From Paraspadella gotoi (lineage: Eukaryota; Animalia; Chaetognatha), in contig CM119271.1 in the NCBI GenBank assembly GCA_051294375.1, forward strand, positions 10,259,225 to 10,323,224: a DNA stretch of 64,000 nucleotides, in the 5' to 3' direction. The notes below the pieces were generated by a model, which ran no database searches, had not been told where the DNA came from, and saw only the letters and a program-made list of their open reading frames with translations. The position numbers and the translations under genes were made by a program. Positions 25,761 to 38,725 of the stretch are shown here, piece by piece; position 1 is the first letter of the stretch; every line of letters begins with the position of its first letter.

Positions 25761-26700
25761 TTACTTTTTTCTCTCCTCTATTTATTCTTCTCTTCTCTTC
25801 CTTCTCTTCTCTTACTCTTCTCTTTTTTTCTCTTCTCTTTTCTTCTCTCTCTTCTCTTATCTTCCTCTCTTCTCTTCGTCTTCTCTCTCTCTCTTCTTTT
25901 CTTTTAAAGTTTTTTTTTTTTTTCTTTTCTCCTCCTTCTCTTCTCTTCCTCCTTCTTCTCCCGCCCTTCTCTTCTCTTCTCTTCTTTCTTTTAAGTTTTT
26001 TCATTTTTATTACTTTTTATTTTATACTTTCTTTTTTTAATACTTTTCTTTTTCTTCCCCTCCTCTTTTCTTTTTTCTTTTTTTTCTTTTGAATTCTTTT
26101 TGGTTTTCTCTCCTCATTCGACAACCTCCCCCCTCTGCCAAGCCTCAGTTTTATCATTATATTTTCCCCGCCCCGGCCGAAAGTCAATCTCAAAAACTCA
26201 TTAAATTCCCCCGTTTGGATGTCTCTCGATGTCTCTTCATTCGAAACTAAGTTATAATCCTTTCTCCTCACTGAAGGAAACTCTCTCTTTCTTTCTCCTC
26301 CTTCACTTCCCAATTTTCTTTCCATCTCCTTAAATCTTCTCTTTTTCATATTCCCTTTTCCCTCCGAATTCCTCATTTCCTCTGCCTCCTTTTCCTCTAT
26401 TCTACATAATCCTTTACCTCCTCCCCATTCCCTGCCTCTTTTCAGTCTTCAATAAACTTTTTCTTCCCTTCCCTTTTTTCTTCTTTCAACAATCTTCTCT
26501 TCTTCCTTTCTTGTCTCTACTTCCTTCCTCCTTTCTCTCTCCTCGCCTGTACTTCTCTTCCTTTCTTTCCTCCACCTCTCCTACCTTCCTTCCCTCTCTT
26601 TTGTTTTCCTCTTCCTTCCTCTTTCCCCTCTTCCTTCCTCTCTCTCCCTTTTTCCTTCCTCCCTTACATTCTTTCCCTCTCCCTTCCCCCTTCCCTCTCC
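23640..26700 (+). repeat. Third copy of intronic segment 12690-16200 / 29580-32200
   Basis: Shared unique text such as GGGGTGAGTCTTTGACCG.CGATGGGTAAG, GGCCGACTGGACGAATT and the ACGAACT array. Confidence 0.88.
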
Positions 26701-26870
26701 NNNNNNNNNNNNNNNNNNNNNNNNNTCTTTCAATTTGTTTTTTCCGTATATATTTCCCCATCACGTCTACAACTAATTGATTTTTATTAAAAGTAACGAT
26801 GTTAAACAAAGAAATATGCGACAATAACTCTGATATTCATCCGCTAAAATAACAAGTTTGAGCAAACAAT

Positions 26871-27068
26871 GTCGGATCTGCCCACGATAATTATCGGTAA
26901 TTAATTAATTAATTATTAATTAATTAATTATTATTTATTATAATTAATTAATAATTAATAAATAATAATTAATTAATAATTAATCAATTAAATTTATTTA
27001 ATTAATTAGGCAATAAATTAATTAGGCAATTCATTAATTAATTTGATCTGCTGATAAGCAGATCCGAC
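26871..27068. mobile_element. Small hairpin/MITE-like repeat with 11 bp inverted repeat and TAAT-rich core; copy at 9893-10070, related fragment at ~57260-57315 (opposite strand)
   Basis: GTCGGATCTGC ... GCAGATCCGAC flanking (TAAT)n. Confidence 0.5.
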
Positions 27069-27228
27069 TAAAAAGACATAAAAATATATTTAAACAGATA
27101 AACAAAAATATTTTTAAAAGACTGACAAACGATCGATTTTTTTAAAAAAAAGTCCCTGGATCATCAATCTTTTGTTTCTTAAATTTAGAGTCGCTTTTAA
27201 AAAGGTTTTTTTACTACCTTTCTCCTTT

Positions 27229-27272
<44 letters not shown>

Positions 27273-28557
27273 GCCGGCCATTTACATTTTTTTCAACTTT
27301 ATAGTCGCTTCTCAACGAGACTCTATAAGACGCTCTACTGAGAATTATGTTATTTGAACTAAGCTTAGAAAATGAAAAGTGTTACATAAATGGGTTTCAT
27401 CGTCTGAATCATACGTTTTCGTCCCTCGAATGAGAAAGAAGGAAATAGGAAGAGGAAAAGGAGGAAGAGGATCAGCAGCCGCAGGAAAATCATCATCAGC
27501 AGGAAAATCAGCAGCAGGAATAATAGAAAGAAAGTATAAGCTGATTTTACTACGAAATCGTCATTCCTTCCTTTTTTCTTTTTCCTCTTTCCTTTTATTT
27601 CCTTTTTCCAAAAACTACGCTTTCCTCTTTTCAATTTTTTTTTTCTCCCGTACACAAAGAGCGAGCAGCGAAGGAAACTTATTTTTGACGATGGGGAAAA
27701 CTGGATTTTTCCCCTCGAGGGACGACGCTCCGCAGTCGGCACGGCCCGCTGCGCGGTCGGCGCTGCGCACTCCGTCACTTTGCAGTTCGAATCGAAAGTA
27801 GCTCGCTGATGAAAATCGCTTTCCTTTTTTTTTTTCTTCTTCCAGCCCATCACACGCGCCGGTCGACCACAACTCTCCCAGCCAATCAATTTTCAACTAG
27901 ATTTAAATCTGAGATTCAAGTTCACAATTTTCAACTTTTGAGGAATCAATGAGGCCAATCGACCAATCACGAACGATCATTCCGATGACAAAGGAAGCCC
28001 CGCCTCTCCCATTATCTTTCCATTTACAAAAATAAAACAAATCCACCAACCACAAACTAAGTTACCCATCATTCTCTCTCTCTCATTGGTCCTTTTTCTT
28101 CATCTTCTGATAGCCAATGAAAATTTTTTTTTCTCTCTCCGGATTGGCTCATAAAAAAAAATTCCCCTCTCTCTCAAGTGACGGTCTTTTCTTTTCTTTT
28201 CTTTTCTTTTCTTTTCTTTTCTTTTCTTTTCTTTTCTTTTCTTTTCTTTTCTTTTCTTTTCTTTTCTTTTTTTGGCGCGCAAGAGCAATCTCCTTTTCCC
28301 TTTTCTTCTATTATTGAGTGTTTTTTACCCCATTTTTAGAATCGACGATCTGAGGACTAAATGAATTACTTTGTCTGTGTCTCTGTCCGTTTCTTTTGAT
28401 TGTCTGTCTGTCCGTCCGTGTGTCTGTCCTCTCCGCCATTTGAGCAGATCAAGTTCCAAATTTGGGTCGCCAGTAAAATATTTAAGTGCCGCGTGGATCA
28501 TTGGGTCAGTTTGCATCTCTCTCTCTCTCTCTTCTTTCAAATTATCAGCGAGAGAGA

Positions 28558-28614
<57 letters not shown>

Positions 28615-31600
28615 CAAAGGGATAAAAAAAAATTTTAAAGAAGGTAAAGAGAGAAAGATTTGTCAAAGAAAGGTGAGCGCATCGTCGTGAGAAGGAAATT
28701 GGCCAAGAAAGGAACTTAGAAAAGTGAAAGAGAGAGAGAGAGAGAGAGACAGAGAGAGAAAACTGTATTCGATTTTACTGGTTGCTGCTGATAAAAAGTC
28801 TCAGTGCTGCGCTACTTTGCACGCGAGGAAAACCCAAGAGGAAAACAAGAAGAGAGGAAAGGAGAGAGAGGGAGGGAGGGAGGAAAGGAGAGAGNNNNNN
28901 NNNNNNNNNNNNNNNNNNNNNNNNNNNNNNNNNNNNNNNNNNNNNNNNNNNNNNNNNNNNNNNNNNNNNNNNNNNNNNNNNNNNNNNNNNNNNNNNNNNN
29001 NNNNNNNNNNNNNNNNNNNNNNNNNNNNNNNNNNNNNNNNNNNNNNNNNNNNNNNNNNNNNNNNNNNNNNNNNNNNNNNNNNNNNNNNNNNNNNNNNNNN
29101 NNNNNNNNNNNNNNNNNNNNNNNNNNNNNNNNNNNNNNNNNNNAAGAAAAATTGTAGGATAGGGAGAAAAAAAGATGGCAGAGAGAAAGAGCAAGATGAG
29201 AGAGGGAGAAAGGAAGAAACAAAGAGAGAGAGTTTAAGCGACTACAAGAGGCTAAAAGAGAGAGAGTGGAGAGCGAGAGAGAGNNNNNNNNNNNNNNNNN
29301 NNNNNNNNNNNNNNNNNNNNNNNNNNNNNNNNNNNNNNNNNNNNNNNNNNNNNNNNNNNNNNNNNNNNNNNNNNNNNNNNNNNNNNNNNNNNNNNNNNNN
29401 NNNNNNNNNNNNNNNNNNNNNNNNNNNNNNNNNNNNNNNNNNNNNNNNNNNNNNNNNNNNNNNNNNNNNNNNNNNNNNNNNNNNNNNNNNNNNNNNNNNN
29501 NNNNNNNNNNNNNNNNNNNNNNNNNNNNNNNNNNNNNNNNNNNNNNNNNNNNNNNNNNNNNNNNNNNNNNNNNNNNNNNNCGCCGATGGGTAAGTTTTTT
29601 TTCGAGGGTGAGTTTAATTGGATTCGAGAGGTGAGGGTTGAGGTGAGGCGAGGATTAAATTAAGGGGCGAATCAGAATTTAAGGGGACTCTGATATCGCA
29701 AAGATTTGATTGAGACGAGGAAAGAAATAACAAATTATTGAAAGTATTGGGTTATTAAAATGAAATGAAATGAAATGAGTACAACAAATACAAGAATTAT
29801 ATATTATATATACAACATTAACATCTATTATTAAATATGAAATAAATCCTAAAATCCTAAAATAATTATAATAATATTAAATGTACGTACAAAATCAGAA
29901 TTTCTCTTTGGCCAAAAAATTATCCAGTGAATACTTCGTCCCGTTTCTCTAGACTCGTCCCCTTAAATCCACTCGTCAAGAAATGTCCAGATTTTCAGAC
30001 GATAAAAAAAAGGGTCACATTAATATTCGGACGACGGAGAAGGAAAAAAGGGACAGGAAGGAAAAAAGGAAAAAAGGAAAAAAGGAAAAAAATGGCCAGA
30101 GTTTCGGAGATTAAATTGGGTCATCCCTCTTGAGTTCCGAGTCTTGGCCAATGATACGGGCGGCCGACTGGACGAATTAAAAGTTATCTTTAATGTATTA
30201 ATTTATACTTATTATTATTAAATGATATTTAAAACGAACTAGGTACCCTAGGTGAGACATACTTTAAGCGAACACTAGCTTTCGTAGCAACTGGAAACGA
30301 CTGTACTTCTTTTCTGTTTCAGTCTTCGCATCTACAGTGGTCTCCGTTTCATCTCTCGCTCTATCAGTTTCCGATATCGATGACGACGAACTACGACGAA
30401 CGTCAACGACGAACTACGACGAACAACGACAACGAATGACGACGAATGACAAATAACATCGAAGAACCATGACGAACTACAACGAACTATGACGAACTTC
30501 GACGAACCATGACGAACCATAACGAACTACGACGAACTNNNNNNNNNNNNNNNNNNNNNNNNNNNNNNNNNNNNNNNNNNNNNNNNNNNNNNNNNNNNNN
30601 NNNNNNNNNNNNNNNNNNNNNNNNNNNNNNNNNNNNNNNNNNNNNNNNNNNNNNNNNNNNNNNNNNNNNNNNNNNNNNNNNNNNNNNNNNNNNNNNNNNN
30701 NNNNNNNNNNNNNNNNNNNNNNNNNNNNNNNNNNNNNNNNNNNNNNNNNNNNNNNNNNNNNNNNNNNNNNNNNNNNNNNNNNNNNNNNNNNNNNNNNNNN
30801 NNNNNNNNNTTCCCTTTTCTGTTTCCCCTTTTCTGTCCCCGTCTTTCTGTCCCGCGCATCGGCATTAGGTACCGGACTCGATCCCCGATGGTATATATAC
30901 CCCGAGGACGGACGAAAACCGCCTTGGGGACATGGAAAAACCCTCAAGCCTGGTTCCAAGCCCAGGACCCGTTCNNNNNNNNNNNNNNNNNNNNNNNNNN
31001 NNNNNNNNNNNNNNNNNNNNNNNNNNNNNNNNNNNNNNNNNNNNNNNNNNNNNNNNNNNNNNNNNNNNNNNNNNNNNNNNNNNNNNNNNNNNNNNNNNNN
31101 NNNNNNNNNNNNNNNNNNNNNNNNNNNNNNNNNNNNNNNNNNNNCCTTCCCTGCCCGCGCCCTTCAGGGGTCGCCCCACAGGGGTCACCCACCATCTTAT
31201 CGTGGTTCGGCTTTTCTCCTAAGCCATCGCCGTCGGTCGGGAGTCATTCCTTCCAACGAGTTTCGCCCCGCAGTGTCACCCTCTCTCTTTTTCCCCTTTA
31301 GCTTTCTTNNNNNNNNNNNNNNNNNNNNNNNNNNNNNNNNNNNNNNNNNNNNNNNNNNNNNNNNNNNNNNNNNNNNNNNNNNNNNNNNNNNNNNNNNNNN
31401 NNNNNNNNNNNNNNNNNNNNNNNNNNNNNNNNNNNNNNNNNNNNNNNNNNNNNNNNNNNNNNNNNNNNNNNNNNNNNNNNNNNNNNNNNNNNNNNNNNNN
31501 NNNNNNNNNNNNNNNNNNNNTCTTCTCTTCTCTTCTCTTCTCTTCTCTTCTCTTCTTTCTTTTTAAGTTTTTTCATTTTTACTTTTTTATTTTTATACTT

Positions 31601-34600
31601 TTCTTTTTTTATACTTTTCTTTTTCTCTTTTCTTTTTTCTTTTTTTTTCTTTTGAATTCTTCTTTTCTCTCCTCTCAACCTCCCGCCCTCTGCCAGCCTC
31701 TTTTTTATCATTATTATTTTCCGCCGAAAGTCAAAATCTCTCAAAAACTCATAAAATTCCCGTTTGATGTCTCTCGATGTCTCTTCACTTCGAACTAGTT
31801 ATAAATCCTTTCTCTCCGACTTAGGAAACTCTCTCCTTTCTTTCTCCTCTTTCACTTCCTATTTTCTTTCCTCCTCCCCTTTATCTTCTCTTCATATTTC
31901 CTTTCCTCCGATTCCTCATTTTCCTCCCTTCCTTTTCTCCTATTCCTCATTATATCCTTTTACCTCCTCCCCATTCCTGCCTCTTTTCAGTCTTCATAAA
32001 CTTTCTTCCCTTCCCCTTTTTTCTTTCAATCTCTCTCTTCTTCTTTCTCCCTACTTTCTCCTTTCTCCTCTCTCGCCTGTCTTCTCTTCTTCTTCCTCCA
32101 CCTCTCTACCTTCCTTCCCTCTCTTTTGTTTCCTCTTCCCCCTTCCTTCTTTCCTCCTTTCCTTCCTGCTTTTCTCTTTTTTTCTCCTTCTCTCCCTTTC
32201 CTTCCTCCCTTCCTCCCTTTCCCGCTCCTTTCTTCCTTCCTCCCCCCTCTACTCCTCTAGAAGACGAAAAGATAAAAAATCAACATTCGCAATCGAAGAT
32301 GCGATCAAAAACGTTACGATCAAAGACGATGCCATCAGAAATCTCTTCGCCTTTCGCTCTCGTTCGTTTTGCATTCGTTCAGCATCGCTTTTTTTTCCGC
32401 CTGACCGATTTTCTTTCTTACCCCGCCCGAAGAGTTTACCTTTCTTTTGTACCTCTCGGTCGGTCTGTCTGTCTATCTGTCTGTCTCTCTGTCTCTTTTT
32501 CAGTCTCTCTTACGTTTTAAATGCTTTTATCTAGGGTTCTACCGCATCATTTTTAATTAATACTCGGTAGTAAGATGCATAATTTGCCATACATTTATGC
32601 AACACCTTCAATTCGTCGGTTCTTGTTTTCTCTCCCTTCCCTTCTCCCTCTCCTACTTTCGGATCATCTTTCCCTCGCCTCTCTCTGAGAAATATGGTTA
32701 AAGGCATATTATACTCATGATTGGAAAAACGAACAACATAATCTAAAAAAAAAATTCAATGTGTCCGCGGTTGCTTTTCCTCTGCTTATGGTTTAGTCCA
32801 CCGGCCAGTGTATTTAAACCTTTCCCCCCGACCCTGTGTTATGTTGTGGTCATTGAGCGCGCAGGTGCACGCTGTCGCCATCTGGGTCATCGCCATTTCA
32901 AAGCGTTAACTATGAAAGCTAGACAATGAATCATGGTGTCCCAGGTTTCTTTGGCTCGTATTTGGGGTGTACCTCCCAGACACAATTGGTCACCTCTCCT
33001 TTCTGGCCACTCGACCAATCGCCGCCGCCTGCCCAATGTACGCGTCGTCCCTTCTTAAAAGAAAATCTATCGATAGAAGGAATGGTGGGGATCGATGAAA
33101 GTGAGCTGCGATTGGGTGATAAAGTTGCGAAACGAACGAGGGGAAGAAAGGGGCCTTCTAGCGGAGAATTGAATAGTGACAAAAATAATGTACTAACCAA
33201 GTCCAAAGACGCAGAATTAGTTTATATCGGAAACGTTCGATATTGAGGGTCGATTTCTGTTTTAGCAAATTTTAGAAAAAAAAATAATCCTAAATTTTAT
33301 ATTTTCCGGTTGTAGAACGACTTACTAAAGGTTTAATTAAGCCCTCTTGAGAAATGAATTCTTTTCTGAGAAAGCTAAAGTTGAAAAAAGAATATTATTC
33401 TTCCGCCCGTGTGACCTTTTCCATCCGGCCTAATCACCTCTCGTCCCCTGATGCGCATCTTTCTTTAACAACCCGCATCTATAACCTTCTCCTCCTCGTC
33501 TTAATTTTCGCCTTATATCCTGGCTCTCTCCTTCTCTCTCTCTCATCCTCCCTCTCTCTGCATCTTTCTCTCTCAATACATGCAGCTCATATTGTAAAAG
33601 AAGTAAAGGATAGAAAAAATAATAATCTTGGAGAAAAAGAATAAAAACAAAACGGAAGGACAATAAAAAACAGATAACATGATCGAAAAAAAAAATAAAA
33701 CCAGAAATAGCAATAAAATGGAATGACAATTCTTCTCCGTCGAGTCATAACGGTACTCTTAAGCTTTTCTTTAAGCCGTTGATGACTGAGGCTAAAAAGG
33801 GTCAAGGGCAGTTGTTGTCTACGAAAAGCTTTCTTAAACTATTGATTTTCAAACTATAAAATTCACTTAGCTTTTCTACGGTTTTCATTTAATTCTTCGG
33901 GTCATCTTGGATTTTTAGAAAATACGGTGGAAATAGTTATCTCTTGTCAATTAAGCACAAACGCGCTGTTTGTATTCTAGAGACTTAAATATTCTCGCTC
34001 CGACAAAAGTTCCTTTCCGAGTTTTTGTAACTAATTGAGCATGCAAAAATCAATTTTAACATCGGTTTAAAATCTACTTTAACATTTAGCTTTAAAAAAA
34101 GGCAAATTTTTTTAGCTTCGCAATGAGAAGAAAGAAATCGAGCGTAGACACTCGCGCTCTTAGTTGAATCAGCGATTTTTTTTCCTTTAAATCTAAGTGT
34201 CGGAGAACTAGTAGTCAGCCTTGCCTCGCCATGCGTATCTCCGTCCTATGACCCATCGCGCCATTACTGGGGAGACTTGCCCGTCAACTCCCCTCGTCGC
34301 CGGAGTGTGGCGCTGAGCGCTCCCTGCATCGCAGCAGCCCTTTTTGGTGTTGCGCGTCGTGTGGTTGACGCCGAGCACCATATGTCTGCAAGAGGTGCAG
34401 CCCTCTTTTTCACCGCCTCCTTCAGTTGTGTCCACAAATCACAATGAAAGTGTCTGTGTGTCGAAGTGTGGTGCCCACAAGTTATGGGCAACCGTGACAG
34501 AGACGTCTGATGAATTGAAATCTGAACCTGAGTGACAACGTGCCCTCATTGTCCCCGTAAAAGGCCGTTTGTGTATTGCCTATCAGGGTCGGCCTGAGTC

Positions 34601-37600
34601 TCAGGCTGACCGGCTCATGCTGTGTCAAATAACGTGAAATGTAGCACACAGATAGGCTATTGTGAAGTTGTAATCAATGCTAGTAGAAAACGAATCATGC
34701 ATGAGCGAAAATAAACCAGGGATTCTGCGGTCGAATGAGGCACGGTCATTCTCTCAAACACTTAAGATATATCTTCTTATCTTTCTGTATTATTTTCTAT
34801 ATCGTTTCTCTCTCTCTCTCTCTCTTCTTTTTAATTGTCCTACGGCTCTTCGTCACCCCGTCTTTTTTTCTTTCTTTCTCCTTTCTGTGTCTCTCTTTTC
34901 TCTCCTTCTTTCTCTCATTTTTTTTCTCTTTTCTCTTTTTTCTCTCTTTTGGTTTCTCTCTTTTTCTCTCTCTTTCTTTCTTTTTTTTTTGGCGTTCTTT
35001 CTTCTGTATCGCATGTTTCCCCATAATTTTTCTCTCTCTTTCTTTTCTGAAGAGAAGAAACTCGCTCGTGACCTTTGTTTGGATCATATTTTTTTTCTTG
35101 TAGTTTTGTCCAAATAATTCGGTAAATCGCTATTTTTTTTCGATTTTGGTTGCTTAGAGATTTAGTTAGAAGTCGACATGATTTGCGGAATAATTTTCGC
35201 AAAATCGTGTCGACACGCGGGAAAAAATGATTACAAATAGTCCTGATGGCTTTTAAGATAACGCGCAAAATAGCGGTTTTTTTTAAGATTTAACAAGAAT
35301 TATAACCAGTCCAACTTAATTAAAACTATAAAAACAAATAAATCTAAAGTCGAAATTGATATAAATGAAACTACAATCACAAAGAAAAATCGGATCCAAA
35401 TTCAAAAGGACATAATCTTAAATTTTTTTCGTAAGAAAACGCAATTGGAGTTTTTTCTTATATTACAGATATAATTAGCGTTATCATTGTGGGGTTTATT
35501 TTTCATTAGTTTCAATTAATTTATAAGATGTTCAGTTTAGGTTTAAAATGAACTTGAAATGAAAAATGCCGTTTCTCTCTGACTAACCATTTTTAAAAAT
35601 TCTTCATTGTTTCAGACAAACGGTGAATCATTGAAACAAAATATGCTTCATACCCCAAGTTAGAAGTCATGAAGCGACCCCAAAAGCGACAAATAAGTAA
35701 AAAAAATTTTCTTTTTCTATCTTTACCTTGAAAATTTAGTGCCAAATTAAAATGGACAAAAGGACAAGTTTTGAAGGAGAGATAGAAAATCTTTAAAAAC
35801 TATCTTTACTGTTATCAAATTTATAAGGGGAATGGTTTTATTTACCCCATTGGTGCCGCCACTCCTTTGTGGTAATATAGTCCATAGTAGTAAAAAATTT
35901 AGCATTCATATTTGAATAATAAGGGAGATTCAGTTCATTTCTTGACAAAAGGCTTTTCGTTAGACATCTGCCCAAGGAAAATTCTTCGCTGGGCGGACGA
36001 GAGGCGAAGTTGCGACTGCGGACGGAACAAAGAATAGAAAGAGAGAGACATAAGAAGAAGAAGAATAAGAAAGATGAAAGAAAGAAAAAATAAAGAAAAA
36101 AAAACGAAAAAGAAAAGAAAGAAAAGAGTGAAAAGAAAAGAAAAAAGAAAAAAAAGGGAAAAATGAAAAAGAAAAGTAAAAAGAAAAAACACACACACAA
36201 AAATAAAAAACAAAAAAAAAAAAAATAAAAAAAGGAAAAAAAAAAAAAAAGAATAGAAAATAAACAAAAAAAAAAAAATAAAAAAAAAAAAAAAAAAAAA
36301 AAAAATAGGGGGAGGAGGGAGGGGTGGGGTGGAGGGGTGGGGAGGGGGGGGGGCTGGTGAGGGGGGGTGGTCGGGTGATAAAAAGAAAAGAAATAGAAAG
36401 AAAAAGGAAAAGAAAAGAAAAAAAAAAAAAAAAGAGTACCGAAAAATTGTAAAGAAGCGGCCTCAGGTGGAAAATTTAGGATTTGCTTTTCGGCCTCATC
36501 AGGGTGGGCGTGGCCCTGAGGAATTCGCCGTCATCCAATTGCAAATGAATTTGTTATGAAGGTACAGGTCAGGTCGTTGCATCGTCGGGAAGCTGAGACG
36601 GTTGCTCTAAGAATAATCAACAATCTTTGTTTACTGTTTAGAAGGGTAGAACTTAAAATTTATTTAAAATTAAGTTCTTAAAAAAGAGAGGAAAGGATTA
36701 CATTTAAGGCAACGTTCTAATCCTTAACGCAACGATTGGCCCCAAGTAAGTTACTAATTCAACGTCATGATGGGCGGGTCGTAAATATTTTCGCATTCTC
36801 ATAAACTCTCGCTCGCTCCTCTCCTGCTCTCTCTCTCCTTCTCTCTTCTCTCTCTCTTCTCCTCTCGTCTCTCTCTCTCTCTCTCTCTCTGTCGCGGCAC
36901 CTGGCTACCCTCCGTGTGTGATCTCCCGCAATGCCCTCATTCCCACTGCATCTCCCGCCTCAATGCCCATTGTCCGGGATTTGATCTAATTATCTCCTTG
37001 ACGGTGCGAAGACTCATTTTCTCCGACATCACTATTCATGGCACTGTCTGGGCATCCTCAATCCTCTTTTCCTCTTTTCAAGACTTAAAAGCTACATTAC
37101 TTACAGTTATATGCAGTCATACGTACAATTTTGGTAGGTAGATTTTTAAAATTATTTCTTGCAAAAATTTCACTTTTTCTATGTTCAGACGATACCCTAA
37201 AAATAATTTTAAGAAAATTTGGAACGAGTTGAACTTATTTATGCTCTTTGATGCTCTTTCATTTTTTCCCTTTCTTTTTCTTTCCCGTTTCTTTCTGTTC
37301 TTCATCTTCATCTTCCTCCCTTCCTCCTCATATGTCTCTGTCGAAGTGGTCATCCTTCGGGTTCGAAGGGATTGGGAGGTGAAGGGTCCGTTCTGTCCGT
37401 GTGGGTCCAGTGATTTGCGGTGGCGGTCAAAAGATATTGGGTGGTTGGGAATCGGGAATCGAGTTTCCAGTAAGAAGTTTTACCATTTATCGTCTTCCTT
37501 CTTCTGATGCTGGCTTTTAAAGCTCGACGGAGATCCCCGCAAGAGGGCGCGTTGAAAAAAAAAAGAATATGAAAATATTCCGTACTGATTCAGAGTTAAA

Positions 37601-37695
37601 GTATTTCAGGTAAGTATTTATGTATTTGTATTTGTTATGTTAAAATTCTTTAAAATTGTTTTCTTTCTCTTTCTTCCTCTTTGTTCCTCTCTCTA

Positions 37696-37748
<53 letters not shown>

Positions 37749-37959
37749 TTTTTTCTTTCTTTCTTCTTTCCTCTCCTTTTTTTCTCTCCTCTTCCCTTTT
37801 CCTCCAGCCCTGCACGCTACCCGCTGCTATTATTATTCTTTTTTTCTCTCACTCGTTTTCACCGGTTGTTCAATTATACTAGACAATTTACCTTAACCTT
37901 GGGTCGCTCTAGTGAGATGTTGGTTGTTTTTTCCTGTATCCAGTGAATGCGATGTCATA

Positions 37960-38725
37960 ATGCCTGACCTCTTCCGCTCTGTTCCATCTAGATCCCTAGA
38001 AATCGGCTATGCGCTATTACTATATCGCCGAACTAACCACCGACGTCACCTACGAGGAACTGCGCGACTATTCTTGTCAAGGTGATTGGAGAAAGACCTG
38101 GATTGGGCAAATTCTCGATGATCAGCTCCCGCTCCGACTGGCCCCCGGGAAAACTCAAGGTTGAAATCTACTGTCTGAAGCGGGGCTATGGTGCTTTTGT
38201 CACGGAGAATGGAGAAGATTCTGGCACGTACGAGCTATATGAGGCAATGAAAAATACACAAATAAACAATTGAAACAACATTTCTTCCTGAGCGTATGTT
38301 ACCCCAAAATCTCCAAGTGTGAGCTAGGGGAAATAGTTGCTGACTTTTTTATTTCCCAAAAACGCTACGAGGCACCAGTAGGAAAAGCGTCAGGATCCAT
38401 GGTCGGAAACTTTTGGAATCTCCGAAGGAGCGGCAGCGGTGATAGTGGCCGTCGTAGGCGAAGCAAAAAACGGTTACGAATCAAGGAACGGCGTCTCACA
38501 AATCGTCCGACTGTCACCTGCTTATGGGATGTGATCGTCAAGGTGCACGTGGGAGTTTGGGGTAGTGAAAGCAGACTGTGGAAGTTACATCTCCGAGAAG
38601 AGAACGAAGAAACAAAGGGAAACCTGGGAAAAGGACAAAAACTTCAGCGGCCGTATCAAAAGGGCAAGATAGGGACGGTGGGAAACACAATACCGCCCGG
38701 CGGAAATGACCATCAAATCCGCCGC
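37960..38725 (+). mobile_element. Degenerate gag/ORF1-like retroelement fragment
   Basis: Coding-like composition over broken ORFs 38082-38755. GTCACCTGCTTATGGGATGTGATCGTCAAGGTGCACGTG reads like a frameshifted C-x2-C-x4-H knuckle (VTCYGCDRQGHV). Confidence 0.35.

Noticed and set aside
34264-34491. DLWTQLKEAVKKRAAP as a Tc1/mariner transposase fragment
   Set aside because: Only a short resemblance; no SPDLNPIE motif, DDE residues or TIRs.
36480-36520. Minus-strand CTGATGAGGCCGAAA as a hammerhead
   Set aside because: Stem II essentially absent and no convincing stem III/stem I pairing.
37429-37438. ATATCTTT (minus) as the U12 donor
   Set aside because: Upstream sequence does not resemble the Cav3 pre-S1 region, and it lies in the block absent from copy A.
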